Position numbers and translations under genes: made by a program
Shown: one piece after another, positions 9,531 to 20,600 of the stretch
How positions within the stretch are numbered: the first letter of the stretch is position 1
Layout of the letters: every line of letters starts with the position of its first letter
The notes under the pieces: model-generated
What the model was told of the DNA's origin: nothing
Seen by the model: the letters and a program-made list of their open reading frames with translations, nothing else
The model's database searches: none
IMG/VR virus record: IMGVR_UViG_3300025137_000026
Coordinates: 1-64,000 of that record
DNA length: 64,000 bases
DNA from: a virus
Direction: 5' to 3' (one strand)

Positions 9531-11615
9531 ATGGAATTTGGAAAACAACCTAAAAACAAAATAACAGGAGTGCCTGCAAATAATGGCATACTTAAGACTG
9601 AGTTTAATAACTTAGCTAATGCAGCAAGTAGCGTGAACCAATCAGGCAACAATGATAGTGTCACTTCTCTTCCATCCGCTGGGGCGTTTGATTATACTAC
9701 ACCTACACCTACTCAGACGAATTTCAATGCTGCAAATACAGGCAGTACAGATTTCACTGCAACAGACTTGAGTACTGGAATATATGGAGCTACAAGACTC
9801 TCCACTCAAGAAGATGTAAATAGTGGTCTTGCAACAGCAGTAGGTCAACAGATAGGCAATACGGTCAGTCTCCCACAGGCAGAAGGTGCAGTGCTTGGTG
9901 AGGTTCTAAAAGATGGTGATACTGCATACGACATGAAGATAGGTGCTATTGATGACAAGTATGCTAACTTGACAGGCGCTGCAGATGACTTAGCAAATTC
10001 AAGAATTGATGTTCTTAATGAGCAGAATGAAGATGCAGTAACAGCAACCAATACACTTATTGATGCAAGTGATACAAAGTTTAATTCAATTGAAGCTGCT
10101 TCCGAGAGCTTAACAGATGCTGCTCAAGCTTCTAGTACTGAAACTTTTAATAACACAAAAGCTGCCAAGGATTTGCTTGATGCTGAGAATGTAGCCGGAA
10201 AGATAGGGATAGACAATGCTGCTAATTCAGCAACAAATATTGCTACTAGTGCAGCACAGGGTCAATTTGATAAGACTGAAGCTGCATCTGCTGCATTATC
10301 TCAGGCAGAATATGATGCCAACCGAGCTAAGTATCAGAATGTAACAGATGCACTACGAGCAGATCGTCTTGGAGCGATGCGTCGTGGAGAATCAACCACT
10401 ACAGGGACTGGAGACAGAATGAGATTAGAAGCTGAAATGAATGCAGCTAGGGAGTATTCTAATCTAGATAATGCTAGTAGGGTTGCAGAAGCTAACAGGA
10501 CTTTAGCTAATACATCTAAGCTAGGTCAACAAGAGACGGATGCTACTACAAACATATTAGCTAAGAACACCCTAGAAAGTGCTGATGATTTTAATAAGCA
10601 GTCTATGTCAAATGTAAATCTTTTAGCCAATGCAACGATAATGAATAATCAATCTAAGCATATTACTGATCAGGCACAGAGGACGTTACAAAACACCGCA
10701 GCAAATCAATCAGAGGTAGCAGAGGCAAAGAAAATTTTATCAGATACTCAGTACGCAAGTAATGTTGCCAAGGCAAATCTTGTATCAAAGCAAGAGGTAT
10801 TTTCTTTCCTTAGAGAACGAGAAGAAGAGTCAATTGCTGCAGCCGATGAGCTAGCAAACATAACTCAATCCACTCAAGAGCAAACTTTGCCAGCAGTTAA
10901 GTTGGCAGAGCTTATTATTGAGCAAGCCATTGATGAAGGAAACCTTGAGGTTGAGACTGCCGAAGAAAGATACGAAGCTAAGATAGAAAAAGCAAAGGAG
11001 TTACTAAGTAATCCTAGCTTAATGCAAGTCATGGCAGAGGAGATGGATGGCAACTTACTGCGCTTGGGTGCAGAGTATGATTCAACTCAGCAGATGTTCT
11101 TGAACCGTATTAACAACCTTAAGAATATCCCTGGATTAGTTGATACTATTATCAATTCTGTTTCCGATAGCGTTTTTGCACAATACGAAGCAGAGTACGG
11201 AGAGTATGGCGCTATTTGGTTGGCAGGCTTTGAAATGGGACACGTAGATGCAGATGGAAAAGTCATACCTAAGAACACCTACGCAGAGAAAACGGTTGGA
11301 AGCTCAACTGAAGCTGCAGCTAGCGAGGCAACAAACATCCCAGGAGGTGACCCTGAGCCTCCTGTTGGTGCTGATGTTACTCTTAAGGATGGAACATTAG
11401 GTGTTAATATTGATGCATGCTGGGTGGCCCGTGAAGTGTATGGCATCAATAATTCGGCATGGATGGCATTCAGATTCTGGATGCTTAATAAATCGCCATC
11501 GTGGTTTAAAGCAACTTACTTGAGGTACGGAGAACGATTTGCACGTTTCATATCTGATAAGCCAAGATTGAAGTCACTCATTCGCACATGGATGGATTCG
11601 AAAATAGGAGGATAA
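9531..11615 (+). CDS. Internal virion/ejection-type protein with C-terminal CWVAREVYG (CFI-box-CTERM-like) domain
   Basis: Ala/Asn/Thr-rich helical body; C-terminal ACWVAREVYG...Y.RYGERFA. Confidence 0.6.
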   Translation: MEFGKQPKNKITGVPANNGILKTEFNNLANAASSVNQSGNNDSVTSLPSAGAFDYTTPTPTQTNFNAANTGSTDFTATDLSTGIYGATRLSTQEDVNSGLATAVGQQIGNTVSLPQAEGAVLGEVLKDGDTAYDMKIGAIDDKYANLTGAADDLANSRIDVLNEQNEDAVTATNTLIDASDTKFNSIEAASESLTDAAQASSTETFNNTKAAKDLLDAENVAGKIGIDNAANSATNIATSAAQGQFDKTEAASAALSQAEYDANRAKYQNVTDALRADRLGAMRRGESTTTGTGDRMRLEAEMNAAREYSNLDNASRVAEANRTLANTSKLGQQETDATTNILAKNTLESADDFNKQSMSNVNLLANATIMNNQSKHITDQAQRTLQNTAANQSEVAEAKKILSDTQYASNVAKANLVSKQEVFSFLREREEESIAAADELANITQSTQEQTLPAVKLAELIIEQAIDEGNLEVETAEERYEAKIEKAKELLSNPSLMQVMAEEMDGNLLRLGAEYDSTQQMFLNRINNLKNIPGLVDTIINSVSDSVFAQYEAEYGEYGAIWLAGFEMGHVDADGKVIPKNTYAEKTVGSSTEAAASEATNIPGGDPEPPVGADVTLKDGTLGVNIDACWVAREVYGINNSAWMAFRFWMLNKSPSWFKATYLRYGERFARFISDKPRLKSLIRTWMDSKIGG

Positions 11616-11618
11616 ATC

Positions 11619-13973
11619 ATGATTAATACAAAACAAGTTGATATAACTCCTGCTAGAAGAGAGTCTCAGATGATTAGACCTTCATCTAATTTGATGAGTG
11701 GTAAGTCACCTAATACCTCAACTCAATGGGCAAGCCCAAATGTCATTAGTCCAGACTCAGGCGTTTATAATAGGGTCAATAAAGTTAAGCAAGATAGGCT
11801 TGATAGAAGCCGAGAGCTTGAAGATGCAGAAAGAATAAGAGGTCAGGTATTAGAGGACAATGCAGTTAAGAGGAACCAGCAGATTGAAGATTTAGATCGT
11901 AAGCGGATCGAGACTATTTCAGACACAGAATTGGATTATGAGAGAGGCAGAGAAGGTAGGGAATTTACAAGAAGAAAGAACAAAGAATATTTCAAAACTC
12001 TAGAGAGGGATAGGGCAAAGCAGAACAAGGATAATAAGCAGCTTAAAGATAAAATGCTAATTAATGCCAAGATTGCTTATGCTAAAGTGCTAGATCAAGA
12101 AAAACAGGGTGCCACAGATGATGAACTCAGAGAGGGGCTTGAGCAACAAAGGCAGGATCTAGCTAAGCAAAGAGAGTCTAATAAAAAAACTTTCATAGTA
12201 AATGTAATGTCGAGTGTGGGCATGACTATGGAAGGGGACGATGATGAATCTATAGATAAAATTAATAGCATTGTTGCATCTGAATTCCCTGGTAAGGTTT
12301 GGGAAGACCTAGTTACTTATGAACATAAATTTAGGGTTGCAAATAAACTAGCTTCTATGGCTGGTGACGGAGCAATAAGAGTGTCTGGTATAGAGGATAT
12401 GATTAATAATCAATCTGCCCAGACGGCTGAAATTCAAAAAAGCTTAAATGAAAGCATAGAGTCCTATGATAGTATGCTTCTTGAAATTCGTTCTAAATCA
12501 ATTTCCTCTAATTCAGTTTCAGGCCTGAAGGATATGTACAAGAATAGAATAATAGAACTTGGAGGAAATATAGACCAGTTCATGGCAGAGGGAGAAGATG
12601 AGAATGGAGATGAGCCTAAAGAGAAACCTGAAGAGCCTTCTAGTTCTGATCCTTTCTATGATAATTTTGCGAGTAAAGATGAGCAAGGTAAGATGGACAT
12701 ATCTCAAGCTAGGCAGAATGTAGAAGATATTGAGAAAGACCGCAGTTCTATTACGGGTAGTGTAACACAATCTATTTCTGATGGTGCATCTAATCTAAAT
12801 GAGGGAATTAAAAATGCCGGAGGTTATGGAAAAGTTGCAAAGGAAGGGCTTGTAACCATGGCAGAGAATCCTGGGGCAACTATTGCAGGAGGTTATTTAG
12901 CCAAGGAGGGTGTGGAAGGAGCAATAAAAGGTGGTAAATCCATGGTTGCATCTAATAACTCCGCAAAGAAAGCCGAGAAGATTCTAGAAATGATTGAGGC
13001 TGATGACTTCTTTAAGAATTATGATAAGGATTTCTTGAGTAAGAATGGTGTTAAGCCCTACCCCAAGCCCAAGCCCACAGTTACAGGTATGGGTGGAGCA
13101 GGAGTCAAAGAATATGTGGAATGGAAACAAGGATTCGATAAGCACATTGATGCTGAGGTTGCATCAAAGACGAAGACGTTTATTGGGAGGACTAGAAAGC
13201 TTCTTGATAAAGCTAGGGGAAATAAATTACTTAAAACCTTAGGTCTTATTGGAGTTGGTGCAGAAGTTATAAGTATTGGTAAGGATGCATTTCAGGCTCT
13301 TGGCTTTTATGTCCCTGACGAACTCAAGGCCGCCCAGCACGAACTTTACAAGTTACAGCAATTTCAGAAATCTAATGAGGAGAAAAGCAAGGCACTTGGG
13401 GAAATGCTCATTGAGGCTTCCGAGGATGATAATTCTACGGAGGTTGATAGCAATGCTACCCAAGTTGATGTTAACTCAGGGGCTAACTTAATTAAACCCG
13501 AAGTAAATGCTACTGCACCTATGGTTGAATCCAATGCTACAGCACCCATGCCCGAAGCTAATGCTACTGCACCTATGGTTGAATCCAATGCTACAGCACC
13601 CATGCCCGAAGCTAATGCTACTGCACCTATGGTTGAAGCCAATGCTACAGCACCAAGTGCTAGTGTAATTAAGCCTGAGCAACCAATTGCACCTACTTCT
13701 ATGCCATCGAGAGATAATGCTTCCGATCAACCGCAACCCGACATAGTTACTTCACAGATGTCTACGATGCTTGGTCAGCAGTTTGATTCTAATAAGATTA
13801 GAATTAATGATTTTAAGAGCAATGGTAGAGATTATGGATTTGGATATTTTGATGAGTCTGGTAGTTCCTACTATACTGGTATGGTTTCTCCCGATGGAAA
13901 AATTATTAGTCTCAAGAGGATTCCGATTGATGAGTACGGTAGACCTAGTTCAGAGCATGAGAAATTGTTATGA
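11619..13973 (+). CDS. Internal virion/ejection-type protein with tandem ExNAT repeats
   Basis: Charged coiled-coil N-terminus, Gly-rich hydrophobic segments, 9-aa repeats; upstream of the giant virion protein. Confidence 0.6.
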   Translation: MINTKQVDITPARRESQMIRPSSNLMSGKSPNTSTQWASPNVISPDSGVYNRVNKVKQDRLDRSRELEDAERIRGQVLEDNAVKRNQQIEDLDRKRIETISDTELDYERGREGREFTRRKNKEYFKTLERDRAKQNKDNKQLKDKMLINAKIAYAKVLDQEKQGATDDELREGLEQQRQDLAKQRESNKKTFIVNVMSSVGMTMEGDDDESIDKINSIVASEFPGKVWEDLVTYEHKFRVANKLASMAGDGAIRVSGIEDMINNQSAQTAEIQKSLNESIESYDSMLLEIRSKSISSNSVSGLKDMYKNRIIELGGNIDQFMAEGEDENGDEPKEKPEEPSSSDPFYDNFASKDEQGKMDISQARQNVEDIEKDRSSITGSVTQSISDGASNLNEGIKNAGGYGKVAKEGLVTMAENPGATIAGGYLAKEGVEGAIKGGKSMVASNNSAKKAEKILEMIEADDFFKNYDKDFLSKNGVKPYPKPKPTVTGMGGAGVKEYVEWKQGFDKHIDAEVASKTKTFIGRTRKLLDKARGNKLLKTLGLIGVGAEVISIGKDAFQALGFYVPDELKAAQHELYKLQQFQKSNEEKSKALGEMLIEASEDDNSTEVDSNATQVDVNSGANLIKPEVNATAPMVESNATAPMPEANATAPMVESNATAPMPEANATAPMVEANATAPSASVIKPEQPIAPTSMPSRDNASDQPQPDIVTSQMSTMLGQQFDSNKIRINDFKSNGRDYGFGYFDESGSSYYTGMVSPDGKIISLKRIPIDEYGRPSSEHEKLL
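13500..13655 (+). repeat. 27-bp tandem repeat (about 6 copies, 54-bp higher-order unit) encoding E-x-N-A-T-A-P-M-[VP]
   Basis: gaa..aatgctac.gcacc.atg units read directly. Confidence 0.95.
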
Positions 13974-14593
13974 ATGAAGCCGGAGGCATGTCCTTTGAGG
14001 ACTATATGAGTAAGCGCCCAGTTTCTGTTGATTCAGAATCGAACGCTACAGAAGAGATTGACTATAAGCAATTAGGAGAGCAAATGGTGCAATCTGCTAA
14101 TGAGCGTTTAGCTCTTCTGGAAGAGCCTCTTACTACTGCTACTGAGGTATCACAAGAGCAAGGTGCTGAAAGCTTATCCAATAACATGGACACTTTATTT
14201 GGTTCAGGTATAAGCGGAATGGGTGCTACAGCACTTGGTGCTAATCCAGTAGGGGTGACAATGGCAAGCCTTGCTTATCCAATGCATAAGACTGGGACTC
14301 AAGTTATGGAAGAAGAAGGTATACCTCGATCTAGACCATACGATGAAAGCATAGATGGTATACCGTTAAATGACGTCGGTATTCCAATTGATATTGGGCG
14401 TCCAGTTAAGGCATTTAATGACATGATTAGACCAACTGCTATTGGGACAATAGAAACCATGAAGGGGTTGGGAGAAATGGTAATGCCAGAAGGCTCACCA
14501 GATACTTTTAATTCATCTGCTGAAAGAGAGGATTATTATAGATCAGATTCAGCATCAACATCACCGTCAGAATTAATTAGGTCTAAAAACTGA
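13970..14593 (+). CDS. Hypothetical virion-associated protein
   Basis: 207-aa ORF with ATGA overlap; Gly-rich hydrophobic segment; one ESNAT sequon. Confidence 0.55.
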   Translation: MNEAGGMSFEDYMSKRPVSVDSESNATEEIDYKQLGEQMVQSANERLALLEEPLTTATEVSQEQGAESLSNNMDTLFGSGISGMGATALGANPVGVTMASLAYPMHKTGTQVMEEEGIPRSRPYDESIDGIPLNDVGIPIDIGRPVKAFNDMIRPTAIGTIETMKGLGEMVMPEGSPDTFNSSAEREDYYRSDSASTSPSELIRSKN

Positions 14594-14603
14594 TAATCTT
14601 TAC

Positions 14604-14621
14604 AACCTAAATATTTAGGTT
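14604..14621. promoter_or_regulatory. Palindromic operator/promoter motif AACCTAA-N4-TTAGGTT
   Basis: Perfect inverted repeat immediately upstream of the 3682-aa gene; member of a genome-wide motif family. Confidence 0.7.
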
Positions 14622-14632
14622 ACAATGTAACT

Positions 14633-17600
14633 ATGCCAAGTGTAGCCGTATCTAGTTATAGGGAGTTCTTAAGGAATAATGGACAGGTTGATAAAGCTGA
14701 TAATTATTCTGATGGTGACTTAGCTTTAGAGCTTAAGCAACAGATTGAGCAAAGAGGTTGGAACATAGAGGAGTTTGCAGCAGGTCGTGGTGACACCGAG
14801 CTTGTTCCTTTAATCAAGGAAGCCTATGGCGCAAATAAGACATACTCAGGTATTCTAGATGCCCCTGCACAGCAGTACTACACAAAGAAGCAAGGCTTCA
14901 AACAGGGTGCAGCAGCTGGATTAGGTGCTATCGGGATGGATGAAACTGAGCGTGACTTAATGAGGTCTGCTCAGAGGGATGCTAGAAAGGGAGCTAGGGC
15001 TGGAAGAGAGATATTCGATGATTACACATTGATCGATAGTTTTGAAGACTTACTTAAGTATGTCGGGCAAGGTGCTACTAGGTCTATTGTAGACATCGTT
15101 CCTTCTATGGTAACTGCCGTTGCGGGTAGGGGGGTAGGTTCAAAAATTCAAAAGACTTTAGAGAAGACGGATAAACTTTCAGACCTTAAAAAGAAAGCCG
15201 AGAAATATCTTGGTGAAGACTACGGAGCAAAGGCTGGAATGGGAGCAGGGGCATTGGGTTCTTCAGCATTGGAGAATACGGGTCATGTTTACGGTGACCT
15301 TTATGAGTACACCAAACTTGACCCGACAGATAAAGACTACTTGTCTCCGGCTGAGGCAAGAGCGTTATCAATGTTTGCAGGTGGTGTATCAGGCGCACTT
15401 GATTCGGCATTACCAGTATTCCTTTTAGGGAAACTAAGTAAGTCAATCGGCAAAGATGCAGCTCAACAAGAGGTGGGTAAGTTATTTAAGTCATTACCAG
15501 ATGGTATGGTATTTCTTGCACAAGGTGCAGGTGGTGAGGGTATAACTGAGGCACTACAAGAGGTGGTGCAGATGGCTACCGTTAAGTACCACACTGGAGA
15601 AGAGTGGAATCAGAAGGACTGGGAAAGGATGATCAATGGTGGTCTTCTTGGTGCAATTGGTGGTGGAACGGTTACAGCTGCGACTGGTGGGGTGGCAAGA
15701 TTACTCCAGCCTGGGCAACCGAATGAGGATGCAGAACTTTCAGATGCACCACTTGAGCAGAGTACTCAAGAGCGAATTGATATTCGCAATAGGTTCGAGG
15801 AGAAGAAGCTCAATAAGTTAACTGAAGAGGGATTAGGTACTTTAGTCACACAGCGTGGATCGAAGCGATCTGCCCGAGTTCTTTCTGTAGATAATAAGGC
15901 TAAGGTTGCTGTCGTTGAATATGCCAATGGTAACACTGAGAAGATTAATGTAACTGAGCTTACTATATTAGAGGGTAAGACTAAGTTAATTAAGCCCGAG
16001 GATTTAAAGGCTATGTCCGATGAAAGGCTTGAGGACTTGAAAGCTCTAAAGCCAGCAATGGTTCAGGACATTGAAGCTGAGCAAGAGTCTAGGAAAGAAG
16101 AGGTTGATGACGATACTATCCAAACACAGACCACACAGCTTGAAGTCAAAGCAACTAAAGATGGTCAGCTTATAGTAAATGATTTATCTAGTCGTGAGCG
16201 TGTATACTCTGCAACTTTTCGGGAAGAGGATGGAGTTCTTTATATCGAGAACGAGGCTGTAGATGCCCCTACTGACCAACGTAAGCAACAATCTCAAGAC
16301 ATACTTTATAGGCAAGCTAGGAAGAAGGCTCAGGATGAAGGGCTTATTTTAAGCTTGGGTGGCAAGGTTGAGTTCCCTGTCCCAAGTTTTGATGCAATGG
16401 ACTTTGGTGATATGTATACCGAATTTGCTAAAGCTATTCAGGTTATCAATTCTCTTGAAGATGGAAGTGATGCACAGAATGCTGTAGTAGATGCATACAG
16501 ACCATTAATGCAGAGAATGCATACTGAAGGCTTGCTTGAGACTGATGGCGGGGCATCGCATCGAATGCTTGATAGCGTTGAGACAAAGAAGAATAACAGT
16601 GCTTTTCTAAAGAATAATCCTGTGCTTGCAAGGACTCTAGGACATCAGATTTTTACTGATATTGAAGCGGAAATAGAAAACTATGTTGATACACTTTCGC
16701 AGGAGCAAATAAACGAGGGTCAAATACAGAAGGATGCAAAAGCAATTGCTGATTTATATGTTGAGGAAATAGATGGGCTAAGTACTACTGATGCCCTTAC
16801 TCTTGCAAGGGCTGCTACTAAGAAATTTGCCGAGCAACATCTTCAGGATGGTCAGTGGAAGACCGAGACTAATTTTGATATACAGACGAGAGAGGATGAG
16901 AAGAAGGCAGAGGAGAATAAAAGACTTCAGACTGCTAAAGATAACTTTGATGAACATGAGCCTGAGGTTGGTAAGTTTGTACGACTAGATAAGGATGATA
17001 AAACTAAGTTCGTCCGAATTACCTCAGTGGATCCTGATACTAATTCTTTTAAGACTGAGGAGACTGGAGACAATTCTGTTTCTGCCTCAGCGATCATCAA
17101 GATTGATACGAGAAGGGGGTTAAGGATCGGAGATTTTAATGCCATCCAAAAACAGGATGGTAGCATAACTACAAAGCTGACCGTATATGGTAATGATACT
17201 GAGAACAAAAAGGGTAGACAGGGAGTTGAGCTTTCAGTCACTGAGGATGGTAAGGTTACTCATGTCAAGTATGGCGAGAAGACTATTGCTATTGATGAGG
17301 ACAAGAACCTCACCTTGGAATCTGATAATTTAAAGTCTGAGATTGGGAATCTTGTACTCGAAGAAAAGAAAGTAAAAACTCCAAGAACCAAGACAATATT
17401 TATTGCTCCAGGTATTGCTAAGAAGGGTGACAAGATTCTCATAAAGCCAATTAAGATAGCAAAATCTAACGGAGCAAAGGGTGGTTTTGAAGTAAAGCCA
17501 TTGCTTGATACCAATGGAGAGGTGGAGGGCTTCACTGAGGGTGAGGATGTATTTGCATTTGATAAGCCAGTACAGCCATCTGAGTGGATAGAAGCTGCAC

Positions 17601-20600
17601 GTTCAAAGCTAGCAGGGGAGGGCAAATTCAAGACTATTCCCACTCTTACAGCGGAGGAAAAGAAAGCAAGGGCAGAGGCAGAAGCAAATCCTAGTAATGT
17701 TCTTTCTTTCTTTAGTCGGCAGAAGAAGAAGTTAATTCCTTCTACGGAAATAATTGAAATCCCTGAGGGTGGTATCAAGGATTTTGATACTGCAAATAAG
17801 TTTATCAATAGCATTGATCTTGGAAAATCAGGTTCCACAACATCCAAAAAAGCTTTAGTACTTAGGTATTTCAAGGAAGGTGAAACTGAGAATCCGGTCT
17901 ACCTTGTGAGAACTATAACTGCCCCCACCGATGCAGATGGTAATAAGGGTAGAACAATAGTAGGGATGACCACTCATGCTAGTGGCAAGAATAAGAGTAA
18001 AAGGAAGATAACACCCTTAAGTTCTACGAAAGGTGGACTTGATTTAACAGATGAGAACTTCCAGGAACACTTCGATGATGATACCGATCTAGCTAGGCTT
18101 GAGATAGTAGAACTCCTTTCCTTCAGTGAGGAAGCCCGAGTGGAAGCAAACTTTGAATCCGAAGAAGCTTACAAGCAAGCCATAGAGCAGACAACTGATT
18201 ACGAATTTATCCGATCCAAGACTACCAAAGAGGTACAAGACTTCGTTAAACAGGGTAGTGACCGAGCAAAGCGAATTGAGTCATTGGTCATGGACGGAGA
18301 TAAGTTCAATCCATTACTGAATATTTATGGCCCTGACATTAATGCTGGAGTATTAAGCGACCTCAAGAAGGATATAAAGGATAGAGCTAGTAAGTCATCC
18401 GATAAGGATATAAAGGAGCTTGGTAAGAAGATTTCAAAATCTGAGCAAATCAGAATCGTTGACTTAGATGCTTTTATTACCCACATACAAGTAGGTGATA
18501 AAGGTGAAGTTACCCATGGGTTAGATGTTCTGACTCCCAAGGAGGGATACTATAATCAAGTAAAGGAAGCCTTAGAGAATTACCGAACAAAAGATGGTAA
18601 GGTTCAGAAGAGCGAGTCTAAGAAGAAAGCTAGCGCACAAGGGGGGGCAACTAACGTAGATCAAGTTAGTGAAAGCGGTATGCAGGGAGAGTCATCCATT
18701 CAGGGTTTGAGTCCAGTAGATATTTTAGCCCTCAAGGAAAATATAGAATCGAGAGAGAAAGATGAGGAGGAGACACCTGAAGTAGAGGAAGAAGAACCAT
18801 GGCATGACCCCATGGACTTACAGCAAGATGGTAGAGTATTTTATCCGAATGGAGATAGAGCCGAAAGCCCTGTTCATAAAGTTAATATAAATGGAAAAGA
18901 TACTTATGTTACTTCGGTCATTGAGATGGATGGAAGTAAGACATGGTATAGGTATGGGGATAAAGATGGAAACAATGGTAAAGTATATGCTCCTGCTTCT
19001 GACTATCCAGTACAGGCAGGAACCAAAAAGGAACTCATTCAAGAATTAGAAAAGGAAGAAGCACCTGTTAAGGAATCTGATGAGCTTACAGATACAGAAA
19101 GATTATTTAAAGATGAATCTTTCAATCTTGATGGCTTAAGTAGTCCCGATTTTAAATCAAGTGATACTTCTGAGGGGTCAGCAACTAACGAAGTTAATGA
19201 AGAAGCAGTTGAATTCGCAGAGGGAATACTTACGGCAAAAGGAATCAGTGAAGCAGATAAAGAAAGGTTAAAAGATAAAATAGCACTACATAAAGATGGT
19301 GCAGGCGTAGATGGCAATTCTCTGTACGCTACTGCCATGGATGTTTTTAATAACACTGAATCTAATAAACTGCTAGAATCAGTAGGTGAAATTGCACATA
19401 CAGAAGCTGCCTTAGAGGGAGAAATCCAAAGACATATTGATGAGCCTAAGAACCCGAGGTTAAAGAAGAATCCATTATCGCAAGAACTTCAGCAAGAGAA
19501 TGAACAAGCCGTCACTGGATTCCTAGATGGCATGAAGGTGGATGGTGAGCCAGTTAGGTTATCAGCACTTATTAATAGAATGATTCAAGGCATGGACGGA
19601 TCAACTGAGTTGTCCGGCGCTATCCTTGATATGGCACAGACCTTACTTGCTCATCCATTTGCAAAGAAATTAAAGGTAGAGTTTAGATCCTGGGATAACT
19701 TTAAGCATGGTATTCAGAATGATGGTAATAATGGCAAACTTACCCGAGCTTATGTTCGAGGTGATACTATTGTTATGGGGCCATCTTTTAAGTTACAAGC
19801 TGACTCCGACCTTAATGCAATGGAATCATTACAGATTACATTTATGGAAGAGGTTGCCCACAGGGTTTTGGGTACTGCTGTAGAGGCTGGCATCCAAGCT
19901 AAGCGTAAGGGTAAGCTACCTCGAGGTGTGGCTAAGATTATGTCCCTAAAGCAAGCGACTAAGTTCTATGATGAGACTAAGGAACTCATGGACTGGTTGA
20001 GGACAAAAACCGATGGCAAATACTACCATGGACTATTGAATCAGCACGAGTTCTGGGCAAACTTTGCAACCAATCCCGAGTTTAGAAAGTTCTTGAATCA
20101 GCCTATGCCTCAACAGATGAGGCGTAAGTTTAACTCTAGGTTCGAGAGGGTAATAGATTGGATATTAGACTTAGCTAGTAAGTTATTTGATGTAGACTTT
20201 ACTCTGAATCGCACAGCATCCACTGAGATTCGTAAACGCTATCGTACGCTATTACGTACAAGTGATAAGATGGCAGCTAATGATATAGACTTAATGTCAC
20301 AGAGTCAGAATAAGCTTTATTACAGAGGTGACTCAGCTAACCGAACAGACTCAAATGGATTAATAGTTTTTACGGAAAATGAGTTTGATGCACAAGGATA
20401 TGCTGCTCAAGGGATGGCAGATGAGGATGCAAGTGATGTTGAGCTAGAAGAAATGGCTGATAAAGCAGAGGCTAATACTCAAGCATTCAATTTGAATGTG
20501 AAAAACACTTTGGATTTAACTAAGGGCGTAGAAGGATGGAAAGTACTGCAAAGTCTTGATGATAAAGGTGACCGTAATGTTGGTAATATTCTTAATAAGG

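Noticed and set aside
13500-13655. CRISPR array or DGR template/variable repeat
   Set aside because: In-frame coding repeats without unique spacers; no cas operon or reverse transcriptase in the window
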